Below are positions 1-12,000 of a stretch of 64,000 bases of DNA, piece after piece. Within the stretch, counting starts at the first letter, position 1; each line of letters opens with the position of its first letter. A program made the position numbers and the translations under genes. Source of the stretch: Eledone cirrhosa (taxonomy: Eukaryota); the NCBI GenBank assembly GCA_964016885.1, contig OZ024743.1, positions 283,588,001 to 283,652,000 of the forward strand, written 5' to 3'. The notes below the pieces were generated by a model. The model was not told where the DNA came from and did not search any database. It saw only the letters and a program-made list of their open reading frames with translations.

Positions 1-3000
1 GTACTGTTGATGTTGTTGGTGTTGGTGGTGCTGTTGATGTTGTTGGTGTTGATGGTACTGTTGATGTTGTTGGTGTTGGTGGTACTGTTGATGTTGTTGG
101 TGTTGGTGGTGCTGTTGATGTTGTTGGTGTTAGTGGTGCTGTTGATATTGTTGGTGTTGGTGGTACTGTTGATGTTGTTGGTGTTGGTGGTGCTGTTGAT
201 GTTGTTGGTGTTGGTGGTACTGTTGATGTTGTTGGTGTTGGTGGTACTGCTACTGTTGTTGGTGTTAGTGGTACTGTTGCTGTTGTTGGTGTTAGTGGTG
301 CTGTTGATGTTGTTGGTGTTAGTGGTACTGTTGATGTTGTTGGTGTTGGTGGTGCTGTTGATGTTGTTGGTGTTGGTGGTACTGTTGATGTTGTTGGTGT
401 TGGTGGTACTGTTGATATTGTTGGTGTTAGTGGTACTGTTGATGTTGTTGGTGTTGGTGGTGCTGTTGATGTTGTTGGTGTTAGTGGTACTGTTGATGTT
501 GTTGGTGTTAGTGGTGCTGTTGATGTTGTTGGTGTTGTTGGTGCTGTTGATGTTGTTGGTGTTAGTGGTGCTGTTGATATTGTTGGTGTTGGTGGTACTG
601 TTGATGTTGTTGGTGTTGGTGGTGCTGTTGATGTTGTTGGTGTTGGTGGTGCTGTTGATGTTGTTGGTGTTGGTGGTGCTGTTGATGTTGTTGGTGTTGT
701 TGGTGCTGTTGATGTTGTTGGTGTTAGTGGTGCTGTTGATATTGTTGGTGTTAGTGGTACTGTTGGTGTTGTTGGTGTTGGTGGTGCTATTGATGTTGTT
801 GGTGTTGTTGGTGCTGTTGATGTTGTTGGTGTTGGTGGTGCTGTTGATGTTGTTGGTGTTGGTGGTGCTGTTGATGTTGTTGGTGTTGGTGGTGCTGTTG
901 ATGTTGTTGGTGTTGGTGGTACTGTTGATATTGTTGGTGTTGTTGGTGCTGTTGATGTTGTTGGTGTTAGTGGTGCTGTTGATATTGTTGGTGTTGGTGG
1001 TACTGTTGATGTTGTTGGTGTTTGTGGTACTGTTGATGTTGTTGGTGTTGGTGGTACTGTTGATGTTGTTGGTGTTGGTGGTGCTGTTGATGTTGTTGGT
1101 GTTAGTGGTGCTGTTGATGTTGTTGGTGTTGGTGGTACTGTTGATGTTGTTGGTGTTGGTGGTGCTGTTGATGTTGTTGGTGTTGGTGGTGCAGTTGATG
1201 TTGTTGGTGTTGGCGGTACTGTTGATGTTGTTGGTGTTGGTGGTACTGTTGATGTTGTTGGTGTTGTTGGTGCTGTTGATGTTGCTGGTGTTGGTGGTGC
1301 TGTTGATGTTGTTGGTGTTGGTGGTATTGTTGATGTTGTTGGTTTTGGTGGTGCTGTTGATGTTGTTGGTGTTAGTGGTGCTGTTGGTGTTGTTGGTGTT
1401 GGTGGTGCTGTTGATGTTGTTGGTGTTGGTGGTACTGTTGATGTTGTTGGTGTTGGTGGTGATGTTGATGTTGTTGGTGTTGGTGGTGCTGTTGATGTTG
1501 TTGGTGTTGGTGGTACTGTTGTTGTTGTTGGTGTTGGTGTTGGTGATACTGTTGATGTTGTTGGTGTTGGTGGTGCTGTTGATGTTGTTGGTGTTAGTGG
1601 TGCTGTTGATGTTGTTGGTGTTGGTGGTGCTGTTGATGTTGTTGGTGTTAGTGGTGCTGTTGATGTTGTTGGTGTTGGTGGTACTGTTGATGTTGTTGGT
1701 GTTGGTGGTACTGTTGTTGTTGTTGGTGTTGGTGTTGGTGATACTGTTGATGTTGTTGGTGTTGGTGGTGCTGTTGATGTTGTTGGTGTTGGTGGTACTG
1801 TTGATGTTGTTGGTGTTGGTGGTACTGTTGATGTTGTTGGTGTTGGTGGTGCTGTTGATGTTGTTGGTGTTGGTGGTACTGTTGATGTTGTTGGTGTTGC
1901 TGGTACTGTTGATGTTGTTGGTGTTAGTGGTACTGTTGATGTTGTTGGTGTTGGTGATGCTGTTGATGTTGTTGGTGTTGGTGGTGCTGTTGATGTTGTT
2001 GGTGTTGGTGGTGCTGTTGATGTTGCTGGTGTTGTTGGTGCTGTTGATGTTGTTGGTGTTGGTGGTACTGTTGATGTTGTTGGTGTTGGTGGTGCTGTTG
2101 ATGTTGTTGGTGTTGGTGGTACTGTTGATGTTGTTGGTGTTAGTGGTACTGTTGATGTTGTTGGTGTTGGTGGTACTGTTGATGTTGTTGGTGTTGGTGG
2201 TGCTGTTGATGTTGTTGGTGTTGGTGATGCTGTTGATGTTGTTGGTGTTGGTGGTGCTGTTGATGTTGTTGGTGTTGGTGGTGCTGTTGATGTTGTTGGT
2301 GTTGGTGGTACTGTTGATGTTGTTGGTGTTGGTGGTACTGTTGGTGTTGTTGGTGTTGGTGGTTCTGTTGATATTGTTGGTGTTGGTGGTACTGTTGATG
2401 TTGTTGGTGTTGGTGGTACTGTTGATGTTGTTGGTGTTGGTGGTGCTGTTGATATTGTTGGTGTTGGTGGTACTGTTGATGGTGTTGGTGTTGGTGGTGC
2501 TGTTGATGTTTTTGGTGTTGGTGGTGCTGTTGATGTTGTTGGTGTTGGTGGTGCTGTTGATGTTTTTGGTGTTGGTGGTGCTGTTGATGTTGTTGGTGTT
2601 GGTGGTACTGTTGGTGTTGTTGGTGTTGGTGGTTCTGTTGATGTTGTTGGTGTTGGTGGTGCTGTTGATGTTGTTGGTGTTGGTAGTACTGTTGATGTTG
2701 TTGGTGTTGGTGGTACTGTTGATGTTGTTGGTGTTGGTGGTGCTGTTGATATTGTTGGTGTTGGTGGTACTGTTGATGTTGTTGGTGTTGGTGGTACTGT
2801 TGATGTTTTTGGTGTTGGTGGTGCTGTTGATGTTGTTGGTGTTGGTGGTACTGTTGGTGTTGTTGGTGTTGGTGGTTCTGTTGATGTTGTTGGTGTTGGT
2901 GGTACTGTTGATGTTGTTGGTGTTGGTGGTGCTGTTGATGTTGCTGGTGTTGTTGGTGCTGTTGATGTTGCTGGTGTTGCTTGTACTGTTGATGTTGTTG

Positions 3001-6000
3001 TTGTTGGTGGTGCTGTTGATGTTGTTGGTGTTGGTGGTGCTGTTGATGTTGTTGGTGTTGGTGGTGCTGTTGATGTTGTTGGTGTTGGTGGTGCTGTTGA
3101 TGTTGTTGGTGTTGGTGGTGCTGTTGATGTTGTTGGTGTTGGTGGTACTGTTGATGTTGTTGGTGTTGGTGGTGCTGTTGATGTTGTTGGTGTTGGTGGT
3201 ACTGTTGATGTTGTTGGTGTTGGTGGTGCTGTTGATGTTGTTGGTGTTGGTGGTGCTGTTGATGTAGTTGGTGTTGGTGGTGCTGTTGATGTTGTTGGTG
3301 TTGGTGGTACTGTTGATGTTGTTGGTGTTGGTGGTACTGTTGATGTTGTTGGTGTTGGTGGTGCTGTTGATGTTGTTGGTGTTGGTGGTACTGTTGATGT
3401 TGTTGGTGTTGGTGGTGCTGTTGATGTTGTTGGTGTTGGTGGTACTGTTGATGTTGTTGGTGTTGGTGGTGCTGTTGATGTTGTTGGTGTTGGTGGTGCT
3501 GTTGATGTTGTTGGTGTTGGTGGTGCTGTTGATGTTGTTGGTGTTGGTGGTACTGTTGATGTTGTTGGTGTTGGTGGTGCTGTTGATGTTGTTGGTGTTG
3601 GTGGTGCTGTTGATGTTGTTGGTGTTGGTGGTGCTGTTGATGTTGTTGGTGTTGGTGGTACTGTTGATGTTGTTGGTGTTGGTGGTACTGTTGATGTTGT
3701 TGGTGTTGGTGGTGCTGTTGATGTTGTTGGTGTTGGTGGTACTGTTGATGTTGTTGGTGTTGGAGGTGCTGTTGATGTTGTTGGTGTTGGTGGTACTGTT
3801 GATGTTGTTGGTGTTGGTGGTACTGTTGATGTTGTTGGTGTTGGTGGTGCTGTTGATGTTGTTGGTGTTGGTGGTACTGTTGATGTTGTTGGTGTTGGTG
3901 GTGCTGTTGATGTTGTTGGTGTTGGTGGTGCTGTTGATGTTGTTGGTGTTGGTGGTGCTGTTGATGTTGTTGGTGTTGGTGGTACTGTTGATGTTGTTGG
4001 TGTTGGTGGTGCTGTTGATGTTGTTGGTGTTGGTGGTACTGTTGATGTTGTTGGTGTTGGTGGTGCTGTTGATGTTGTTGGTGTTGGTGTTGCTGTTGAT
4101 GTTGTTGGTGTTGGTGGTGCTGTTGTTGGTGTTGGTGTTGGTGGTACTGTTGATGTTGTTGGTGTTGGTGGTACTGTTGATGTTGTTGGTGTTGGTCGTA
4201 CTGTTGATGTTGTAGGTGTTGGTGGTGCTGTTGATGTTGTTGGTGCTGTTGATGTTTTTGGTGTTGGTGGTACTGTTGATGTTGTTGGTGTTGGTGGTAT
4301 TGTTCATGTTGTTGGTGTTGGTGGTACTGTTGATGTTGTTGGTGTTGGTGGTACTGTTCATGTTGTTGGTGTTGGTGGTACTGTTCATGTTGTTGGTGTT
4401 GGTGGTACTGTTGATGTTGTTGGTGTTGGTGGTGCTGTTGCTGTTGTTGGTGTTAGTGGTGCTGTTGATGTTGTTGGTGTTGGTGGTACTGTTGATGTTG
4501 TTGGTGTTTGTGGTACTGTTGATGTTGTTGGTGTTGGTGGTACTGTTGATGTTGTTGTTGGTGGTGCTGTTGATGTTGTTGGTGTTGGTGGTACTGTTGA
4601 TGTTGTTGGTGTTGGTGGTACTGTTGTTGGTGTTGGTGTTGGTGGTACTGTTGATGTTGTTGGTGTTGGTGGTGCTGTGTATGTTGTTGGTGTTGGTGGT
4701 GCTGTTGATGTTGTTGCTGTTGGTGCTGCTGTTGGTGTTGTTGGTGTTCGTGGTACTGTTGATGTTGTTGTTGGTGTTGGTGGTGCTGTTGAAGTTGTTG
4801 GTGTTGGTGGTGCTGTTGATGTTGTTGGTGTTGGTGGTGCTGTTGTTGGTGTTGGTGTTGATGGTACTGTTGATGTTGTTGGTGTTGGTGGTGCTGTTGT
4901 TGGTGTTGGTGTTGGTGGTACTGTTGATGTTGTTGGTGTTGGTGGTACTGTTGATGTTGTTGGTGTTGGTGGTGCTGTTGTTGTTGTTGGTGTTGGTGGT
5001 ACTGTTGTTGGTGTTGGTGTTGGTGGTACTGTTGATGTTGTTGGTGTTGGTGGTGCTGTTGATGTTGTTGGTGTTGATGGTACTGTTGATGTTGTTGGTG
5101 TTGGTGGTGCTGTTGTTGGTGTTGGTGTTGGTGGTACTGTTGATGTTGTTGGTGTTGGTGGTACTGTTGATGTTGTTGGTGTTGGTGGTGCTGTTGTTGT
5201 TGTTGGTGTTGGTGGTACTGTTGATGTTGTTGGTGTTGGTGGTACTGTTGTTAGTGTTGGTTTTGGTGGTACTGTTGATGCTGTTGGTGTTGGTGGTGCT
5301 GTTGGTGTTGTTGGTGTTCGTGGTACTGTTGATGTTGTTGGTGTTGTTGGTACTGTTGTTAGTGTTGGTTTTGGTGGTACTGTTGATGTTGTTGGTGTTG
5401 GTGGTGCTGTTGGTGTTGTTGGTGTTCGTGGTACTGTTGATGTTGTTGGTGTTAGTGGTGCTGTTGATGTTGTTGGTGTTGGTGGTGCTGTTGATGTTGT
5501 TGGTGCTGTTGATGTTGTTGGTGTTGGTGGTGCTGTTGATGTTGTTGGTGTTGGTGGTACTGTTGATGTTGTTGGTGTTGGTGGTACTGTTGATGTTGTT
5601 GGTGTTGGTGGTACTGTTGATGTTGTTGGTGTTGGTGGTACTGTTGATGTTGTTGGTGTTGGTGGTACTGTTGATGTTGATGTTGTTGGTGTTGGTGTAC
5701 TGTTGATGTTGTTGGTGCTGTTGATGTTGTTGGTGTTGGTGGTACTGTTGATGTTGTTGGTGTTGGTGATGCTGTTGATGTTGTTGGTGTTGGTGGGACT
5801 GTTGATGTTGTTGGTGTTGGTGGTGCTGTTGATGTTGTTGGTGTTGGTGGTGCTGTTGATGTTGTTGGTGTTGGTGGTACTGTTGATGTAGTTGGTGTTG
5901 GTGGTGCTGTTGATGTTGTTGGTGTTGGTGGTACTGTTGATGTTGTTGGTGTTGGTGGTGCTGTTGATGTTGTTGGTGTTGGTGGTGCTGTTTATGTTGC

Positions 6001-9000
6001 TGGTGTTGGTGGTGCTGTTGATGTTGTTGGTGTTGGTGGTGCTGTTGATGTTGTTGGTGTTGGTGGTACTGTTGATGTTGTTGGTGTTGGTGGTGCTGTT
6101 GATGTTGTTGGTGTTGGTGGTACTGTTGATGTTGTTGGTGTTGGTGGTACTGTTGATGTAGTTGGTGTTGGTGGTGCTGTTGATGTTGTTGGTGTTGGTG
6201 GTACTGTTGATGTTGTTGGTGTTGGTGGTGCTGTTGATGTTGTTGGTGTTGGTGGTGCTGTTTATGTTGCTGGTGTTGGTGGTGCTGTTGATGTTGTTGG
6301 TGTTGGTGGTGCTGTTGATGTTGTTGGTGTTGGTGGTACTGTTGATGTTGTTGGTGTTGGTGGTGCTGTTGATGTTGTTGGTGTTGGTGGTACTGTTGAT
6401 GTTGTTGGTGGTACTGTTGATGTTGTTGGTGGTACTGTTGATGTTGTTGGTGTTGGTGGTACTGTTGATGTTGTTGGTGTTGGTGGTACTGTTGATGTTG
6501 TTGGTGTTGGTGGTACTGTTGATGTTGTTGGTGTTAGTGGTGCTGTGTATGTTGTTGGTGTTGGTGGTACTGTTGATGTTGTTGGTGTTGGTGGTGCTGT
6601 TGATGTTGTTGGTGTTGGTGGTACTGTTGGTGTTGTTGGTGTTAGTGGTGCTGTTGTTGGTGTTGGTGTTGGTTGTGCTGTTGATGTTGTTGGTGTTGGT
6701 GGTGATGTTGATGTTGTTGGTGTTGGTGGTACTGTTGATGTTGTTGGTGTTGGTGGTGCTGTTGATGTTGTTGGTGTTGGTTGTGCTGTTGATGTTGTTG
6801 GTGTTGGTGGTGATGTTGATGTTGTTGGTGTTGGTGGTACTGTTGATGTTGTTGGTGTTGGTGGTACTGTTGATGTTGTTGGTGTTGGTGGTGCTGTTGA
6901 TGTTGTTGGTGTTAGTGGTACTGTTGATGTTGTTGGTGTTGGTGGTACTGTTGATGTTGTTGGTGTTGGTGGTACTGTTGATGTTGTTGGTGTTGGTGTA
7001 CTGTTGATGTTGTTGGTGCTGTTGATGTTTTGGTGTTGGTGGTACTGTTGATGTTGTTGGTGTTGGTGGTGCTGTTGATGTTGTTGGTGTTGGTGGTGCT
7101 GTTGATGTTGTTGGTGTTGGTGGTACTGTTGATGTTGTTGGTGTTGGTGGTGCTGTTGTTGGTGTTGGTGTTGGTGGTACTGTTGATGTTGTTGGTGTTG
7201 GTGGTACTGTTGATGTTGTTGGTGTTGGTGGTACTGTTGTTGGTGTTGGTGTTGGTGGTACTGTTGATGTTGTTGGTGTTGGTGGTACTGTTGATGTTGT
7301 TGGTGTTGGTGGTGCTGTTGATGTTGTTGGTGTTGATGGTACTGTTGATGTTGTTGGTGTTGGTGGTACTGTTGATGTTGTTGGTGTTGGTGGTGCTGTT
7401 GATGTTGTTGGTGTTAGTGGTGCTGTTGATATTGTTGGTGTTGGTGGTACTGTTGATGTTGTTGGTGTTGGTGGTGCTGTTGATGTTGTTGGTGTTGGTG
7501 GTACTGTTGATGTTGTTGGTGTTGGTGGTACTGCTACTGTTGTTGGTGTTAGTGGTACTGTTGCTGTTGTTGGTGTTAGTGGTGCTGTTGATGTTGTTGG
7601 TGTTAGTGGTACTGTTGATGTTGTTGGTGTTGGTGGTGCTGTTGATGTTGTTGGTGTTGGTGGTACTGTTGATGTTGTTGGTGTTGGTGGTACTGTTGAT
7701 ATTGTTGGTGTTAGTGGTACTGTTGATGTTGTTGGTGTTGGTGGTGCTGTTGATGTTGTTGGTGTTAGTGGTACTGTTGATGTTGTTGGTGTTAGTGGTG
7801 CTGTTGATGTTGTTGGTGTTGTTGGTGCTGTTGATGTTGTTGGTGTTAGTGGTGCTGTTGATATTGTTGGTGTTGGTGGTACTGTTGATGTTGTTGGTGT
7901 TGGTGGTGCTGTTGATGTTGTTGGTGTTGGTGGTGCTGTTGATGTTGTTGGTGTTGGTGGTGCTGTTGATGTTGTTGGTGTTGTTGGTGCTGTTGATGTT
8001 GTTGGTGTTAGTGGTGCTGTTGATATTGTTGGTGTTAGTGGTACTGTTGGTGTTGTTGGTGTTGGTGGTGCTATTGATGTTGTTGGTGTTGTTGGTGCTG
8101 TTGATGTTGTTGGTGTTGGTGGTGCTGTTGATGTTGTTGGTGTTGGTGGTGCTGTTGATGTTGTTGGTGTTGGTGGTGCTGTTGATGTTGTTGGTGTTGG
8201 TGGTACTGTTGATATTGTTGGTGTTGTTGGTGCTGTTGATGTTGTTGGTGTTAGTGGTGCTGTTGATATTGTTGGTGTTGGTGGTACTGTTGATGTTGTT
8301 GGTGTTTGTGGTACTGTTGATGTTGTTGGTGTTGGTGGTACTGTTGATGTTGTTGGTGTTGGTGGTGCTGTTGATGTTGTTGGTGTTAGTGGTGCTGTTG
8401 ATGTTGTTGGTGTTGGTGGTACTGTTGATGTTGTTGGTGTTGGTGGTGCTGTTGATGTTGTTGGTGTTGGTGGTGCAGTTGATGTTGTTGGTGTTGGCGG
8501 TACTGTTGATGTTGTTGGTGTTGGTGGTACTGTTGATGTTGTTGGTGTTGTTGGTGCTGTTGATGTTGCTGGTGTTGGTGGTGCTGTTGATGTTGTTGGT
8601 GTTGGTGGTATTGTTGATGTTGTTGGTTTTGGTGGTGCTGTTGATGTTGTTGGTGTTAGTGGTGCTGTTGGTGTTGTTGGTGTTGGTGGTGCTGTTGATG
8701 TTGTTGGTGTTGGTGGTACTGTTGATGTTGTTGGTGTTGGTGGTGATGTTGATGTTGTTGGTGTTGGTGGTGCTGTTGATGTTGTTGGTGTTGGTGGTAC
8801 TGTTGTTGTTGTTGGTGTTGGTGTTGGTGATACTGTTGATGTTGTTGGTGTTGGTGGTGCTGTTGATGTTGTTGGTGTTAGTGGTGCTGTTGATGTTGTT
8901 GGTGTTGGTGGTGCTGTTGATGTTGTTGGTGTTAGTGGTGCTGTTGATGTTGTTGGTGTTGGTGGTACTGTTGATGTTGTTGGTGTTGGTGGTACTGTTG

Positions 9001-12000
9001 TTGTTGTTGGTGTTGGTGTTGGTGATACTGTTGATGTTGTTGGTGTTGGTGGTGCTGTTGATGTTGTTGGTGTTGGTGGTACTGTTGATGTTGTTGGTGT
9101 TGGTGGTACTGTTGATGTTGTTGGTGTTGGTGGTGCTGTTGATGTTGTTGGTGTTGGTGGTACTGTTGATGTTGTTGGTGTTGCTGGTACTGTTGATGTT
9201 GTTGGTGTTAGTGGTACTGTTGATGTTGTTGGTGTTGGTGATGCTGTTGATGTTGTTGGTGTTGGTGGTGCTGTTGATGTTGTTGGTGTTGGTGGTGCTG
9301 TTGATGTTGCTGGTGTTGTTGGTGCTGTTGATGTTGTTGGTGTTGGTGGTACTGTTGATGTTGTTGGTGTTGGTGGTGCTGTTGATGTTGTTGGTGTTGG
9401 TGGTACTGTTGATGTTGTTGGTGTTAGTGGTACTGTTGATGTTGTTGGTGTTGGTGGTACTGTTGATGTTGTTGGTGTTGGTGGTGCTGTTGATGTTGTT
9501 GGTGTTGGTGATGCTGTTGATGTTGTTGGTGTTGGTGGTGCTGTTGATGTTGTTGGTGTTGGTGGTGCTGTTGATGTTGTTGGTGTTGGTGGTACTGTTG
9601 ATGTTGTTGGTGTTGGTGGTACTGTTGGTGTTGTTGGTGTTGGTGGTTCTGTTGATATTGTTGGTGTTGGTGGTACTGTTGATGTTGTTGGTGTTGGTGG
9701 TACTGTTGATGTTGTTGGTGTTGGTGGTGCTGTTGATATTGTTGGTGTTGGTGGTACTGTTGATGGTGTTGGTGTTGGTGGTGCTGTTGATGTTTTTGGT
9801 GTTGGTGGTGCTGTTGATGTTGTTGGTGTTGGTGGTGCTGTTGATGTTTTTGGTGTTGGTGGTGCTGTTGATGTTGTTGGTGTTGGTGGTACTGTTGGTG
9901 TTGTTGGTGTTGGTGGTTCTGTTGATGTTGTTGGTGTTGGTGGTGCTGTTGATGTTGTTGGTGTTGGTAGTACTGTTGATGTTGTTGGTGTTGGTGGTAC
10001 TGTTGATGTTGTTGGTGTTGGTGGTGCTGTTGATATTGTTGGTGTTGGTGGTACTGTTGATGTTGTTGGTGTTGGTGGTACTGTTGATGTTTTTGGTGTT
10101 GGTGGTGCTGTTGATGTTGTTGGTGTTGGTGGTACTGTTGGTGTTGTTGGTGTTGGTGGTTCTGTTGATGTTGTTGGTGTTGGTGGTACTGTTGATGCTG
10201 TTGGTGTTGGTGGTGCTGTTGATGTTGCTGGTGTTGTTGGTGCTGTTGATGTTGCTGGTGTTGCTTGTACTGTTGATGTTGTTGTTGTTGGTGGTGCTGT
10301 TGATGTTGTTGGTGTTGGTGGTGCTGTTGATGTTGTTGGTGTTGGTGGTGCTGTTGATGTTGTTGGTGTTGGTGGTGCTGTTGATGTTGTTGGTGTTGGT
10401 GGTGCTGTTGATGTTGTTGGTGTTGGTGGTACTGTTGATGTTGTTGGTGTTGGTGGTGCTGTTGATGTTGTTGGTGTTGGTGGTACTGTTGATGTTGTTG
10501 GTGTTGGTGGTGCTGTTGATGTTGTTGGTGTTGGTGGTGCTGTTGATGTAGTTGGTGTTGGTGGTGCTGTTGATGTTGTTGGTGTTGGTGGTACTGTTGA
10601 TGTTGTTGGTGTTGGTGGTACTGTTGATGTTGTTGGTGTTGGTGGTGCTGTTGATGTTGTTGGTGTTGGTGGTACTGTTGATGTTGTTGGTGTTGGTGGT
10701 GCTGTTGATGTTGTTGGTGTTGGTGGTACTGTTGATGTTGTTGGTGTTGGTGGTGCTGTTGATGTTGTTGGTGTTGGTGGTGCTGTTGATGTTGTTGGTG
10801 TTGGTGGTGCTGTTGATGTTGTTGGTGTTGGTGGTACTGTTGATGTTGTTGGTGTTGGTGGTGCTGTTGATGTTGTTGGTGTTGGTGGTGCTGTTGATGT
10901 TGTTGGTGTTGGTGGTGCTGTTGATGTTGTTGGTGTTGGTGGTACTGTTGATGTTGTTGGTGTTGGTGGTACTGTTGATGTTGTTGGTGTTGGTGGTGCT
11001 GTTGATGTTGTTGGTGTTGGTGGTACTGTTGATGTTGTTGGTGTTGGAGGTGCTGTTGATGTTGTTGGTGTTGGTGGTACTGTTGATGTTGTTGGTGTTG
11101 GTGGTACTGTTGATGTTGTTGGTGTTGGTGGTGCTGTTGATGTTGTTGGTGTTGGTGGTACTGTTGATGTTGTTGGTGTTGGTGGTGCTGTTGATGTTGT
11201 TGGTGTTGGTGGTGCTGTTGATGTTGTTGGTGTTGGTGGTGCTGTTGATGTTGTTGGTGTTGGTGGTACTGTTGATGTTGTTGGTGTTGGTGGTGCTGTT
11301 GATGTTGTTGGTGTTGGTGGTACTGTTGATGTTGTTGGTGTTGGTGGTGCTGTTGATGTTGTTGGTGTTGGTGTTGCTGTTGATGTTGTTGGTGTTGGTG
11401 GTACTGTTGATGTTGTTGGTGTTGGTGGTGCTGTTGATGTTGTTGGTGTTGGTGGTGCTGTTGATGTTGTTGGTGTTGGTGGTACTGTTGATGTTGTTGG
11501 TGTTGGTGGTACTGTTGATGTTGTTGGTGTTGTTGGTACTGTTGATGTTGTTGGTGTTAGTGGTACTGTTGATGTTGTTGGTGTTGGTTGTGCTGTTGAT
11601 GTTGTTGGTGTTGGTGGTGATGTTGATGTTGTTGGTGTTGGTGGTACTGTTGATGTTGTTTGTGTTGGTGGTACTGTTGTTGTTGTTGGTGTTGGTGTTG
11701 GTGGTACTGTTGATGTTGTTGGTGTTGGTGGTACTGTTGATGTTGTTGGTGTTGTTGGTGCTGCTGATGTTGTTGGTGTTGGTGGTACTGTTGATGTTGT
11801 TGGTGTTAGTGGTACTGTTGATGTTGTTGGTGTTAGTGGTACTGTTGATGTTGTTGGTGTTGGTTGTGCTGTTGATGTTGTAGGTGTTGGTGGTGCTGTT
11901 GATGTTGTTGGTGTTGGTTGTGCTGTTGATGTTGTTGGTGTTGGTGGTGCTGTTGATGTTGTTGCTGTTGGTGGTACTGTTGATGTTGTTGGTGTTGGTG

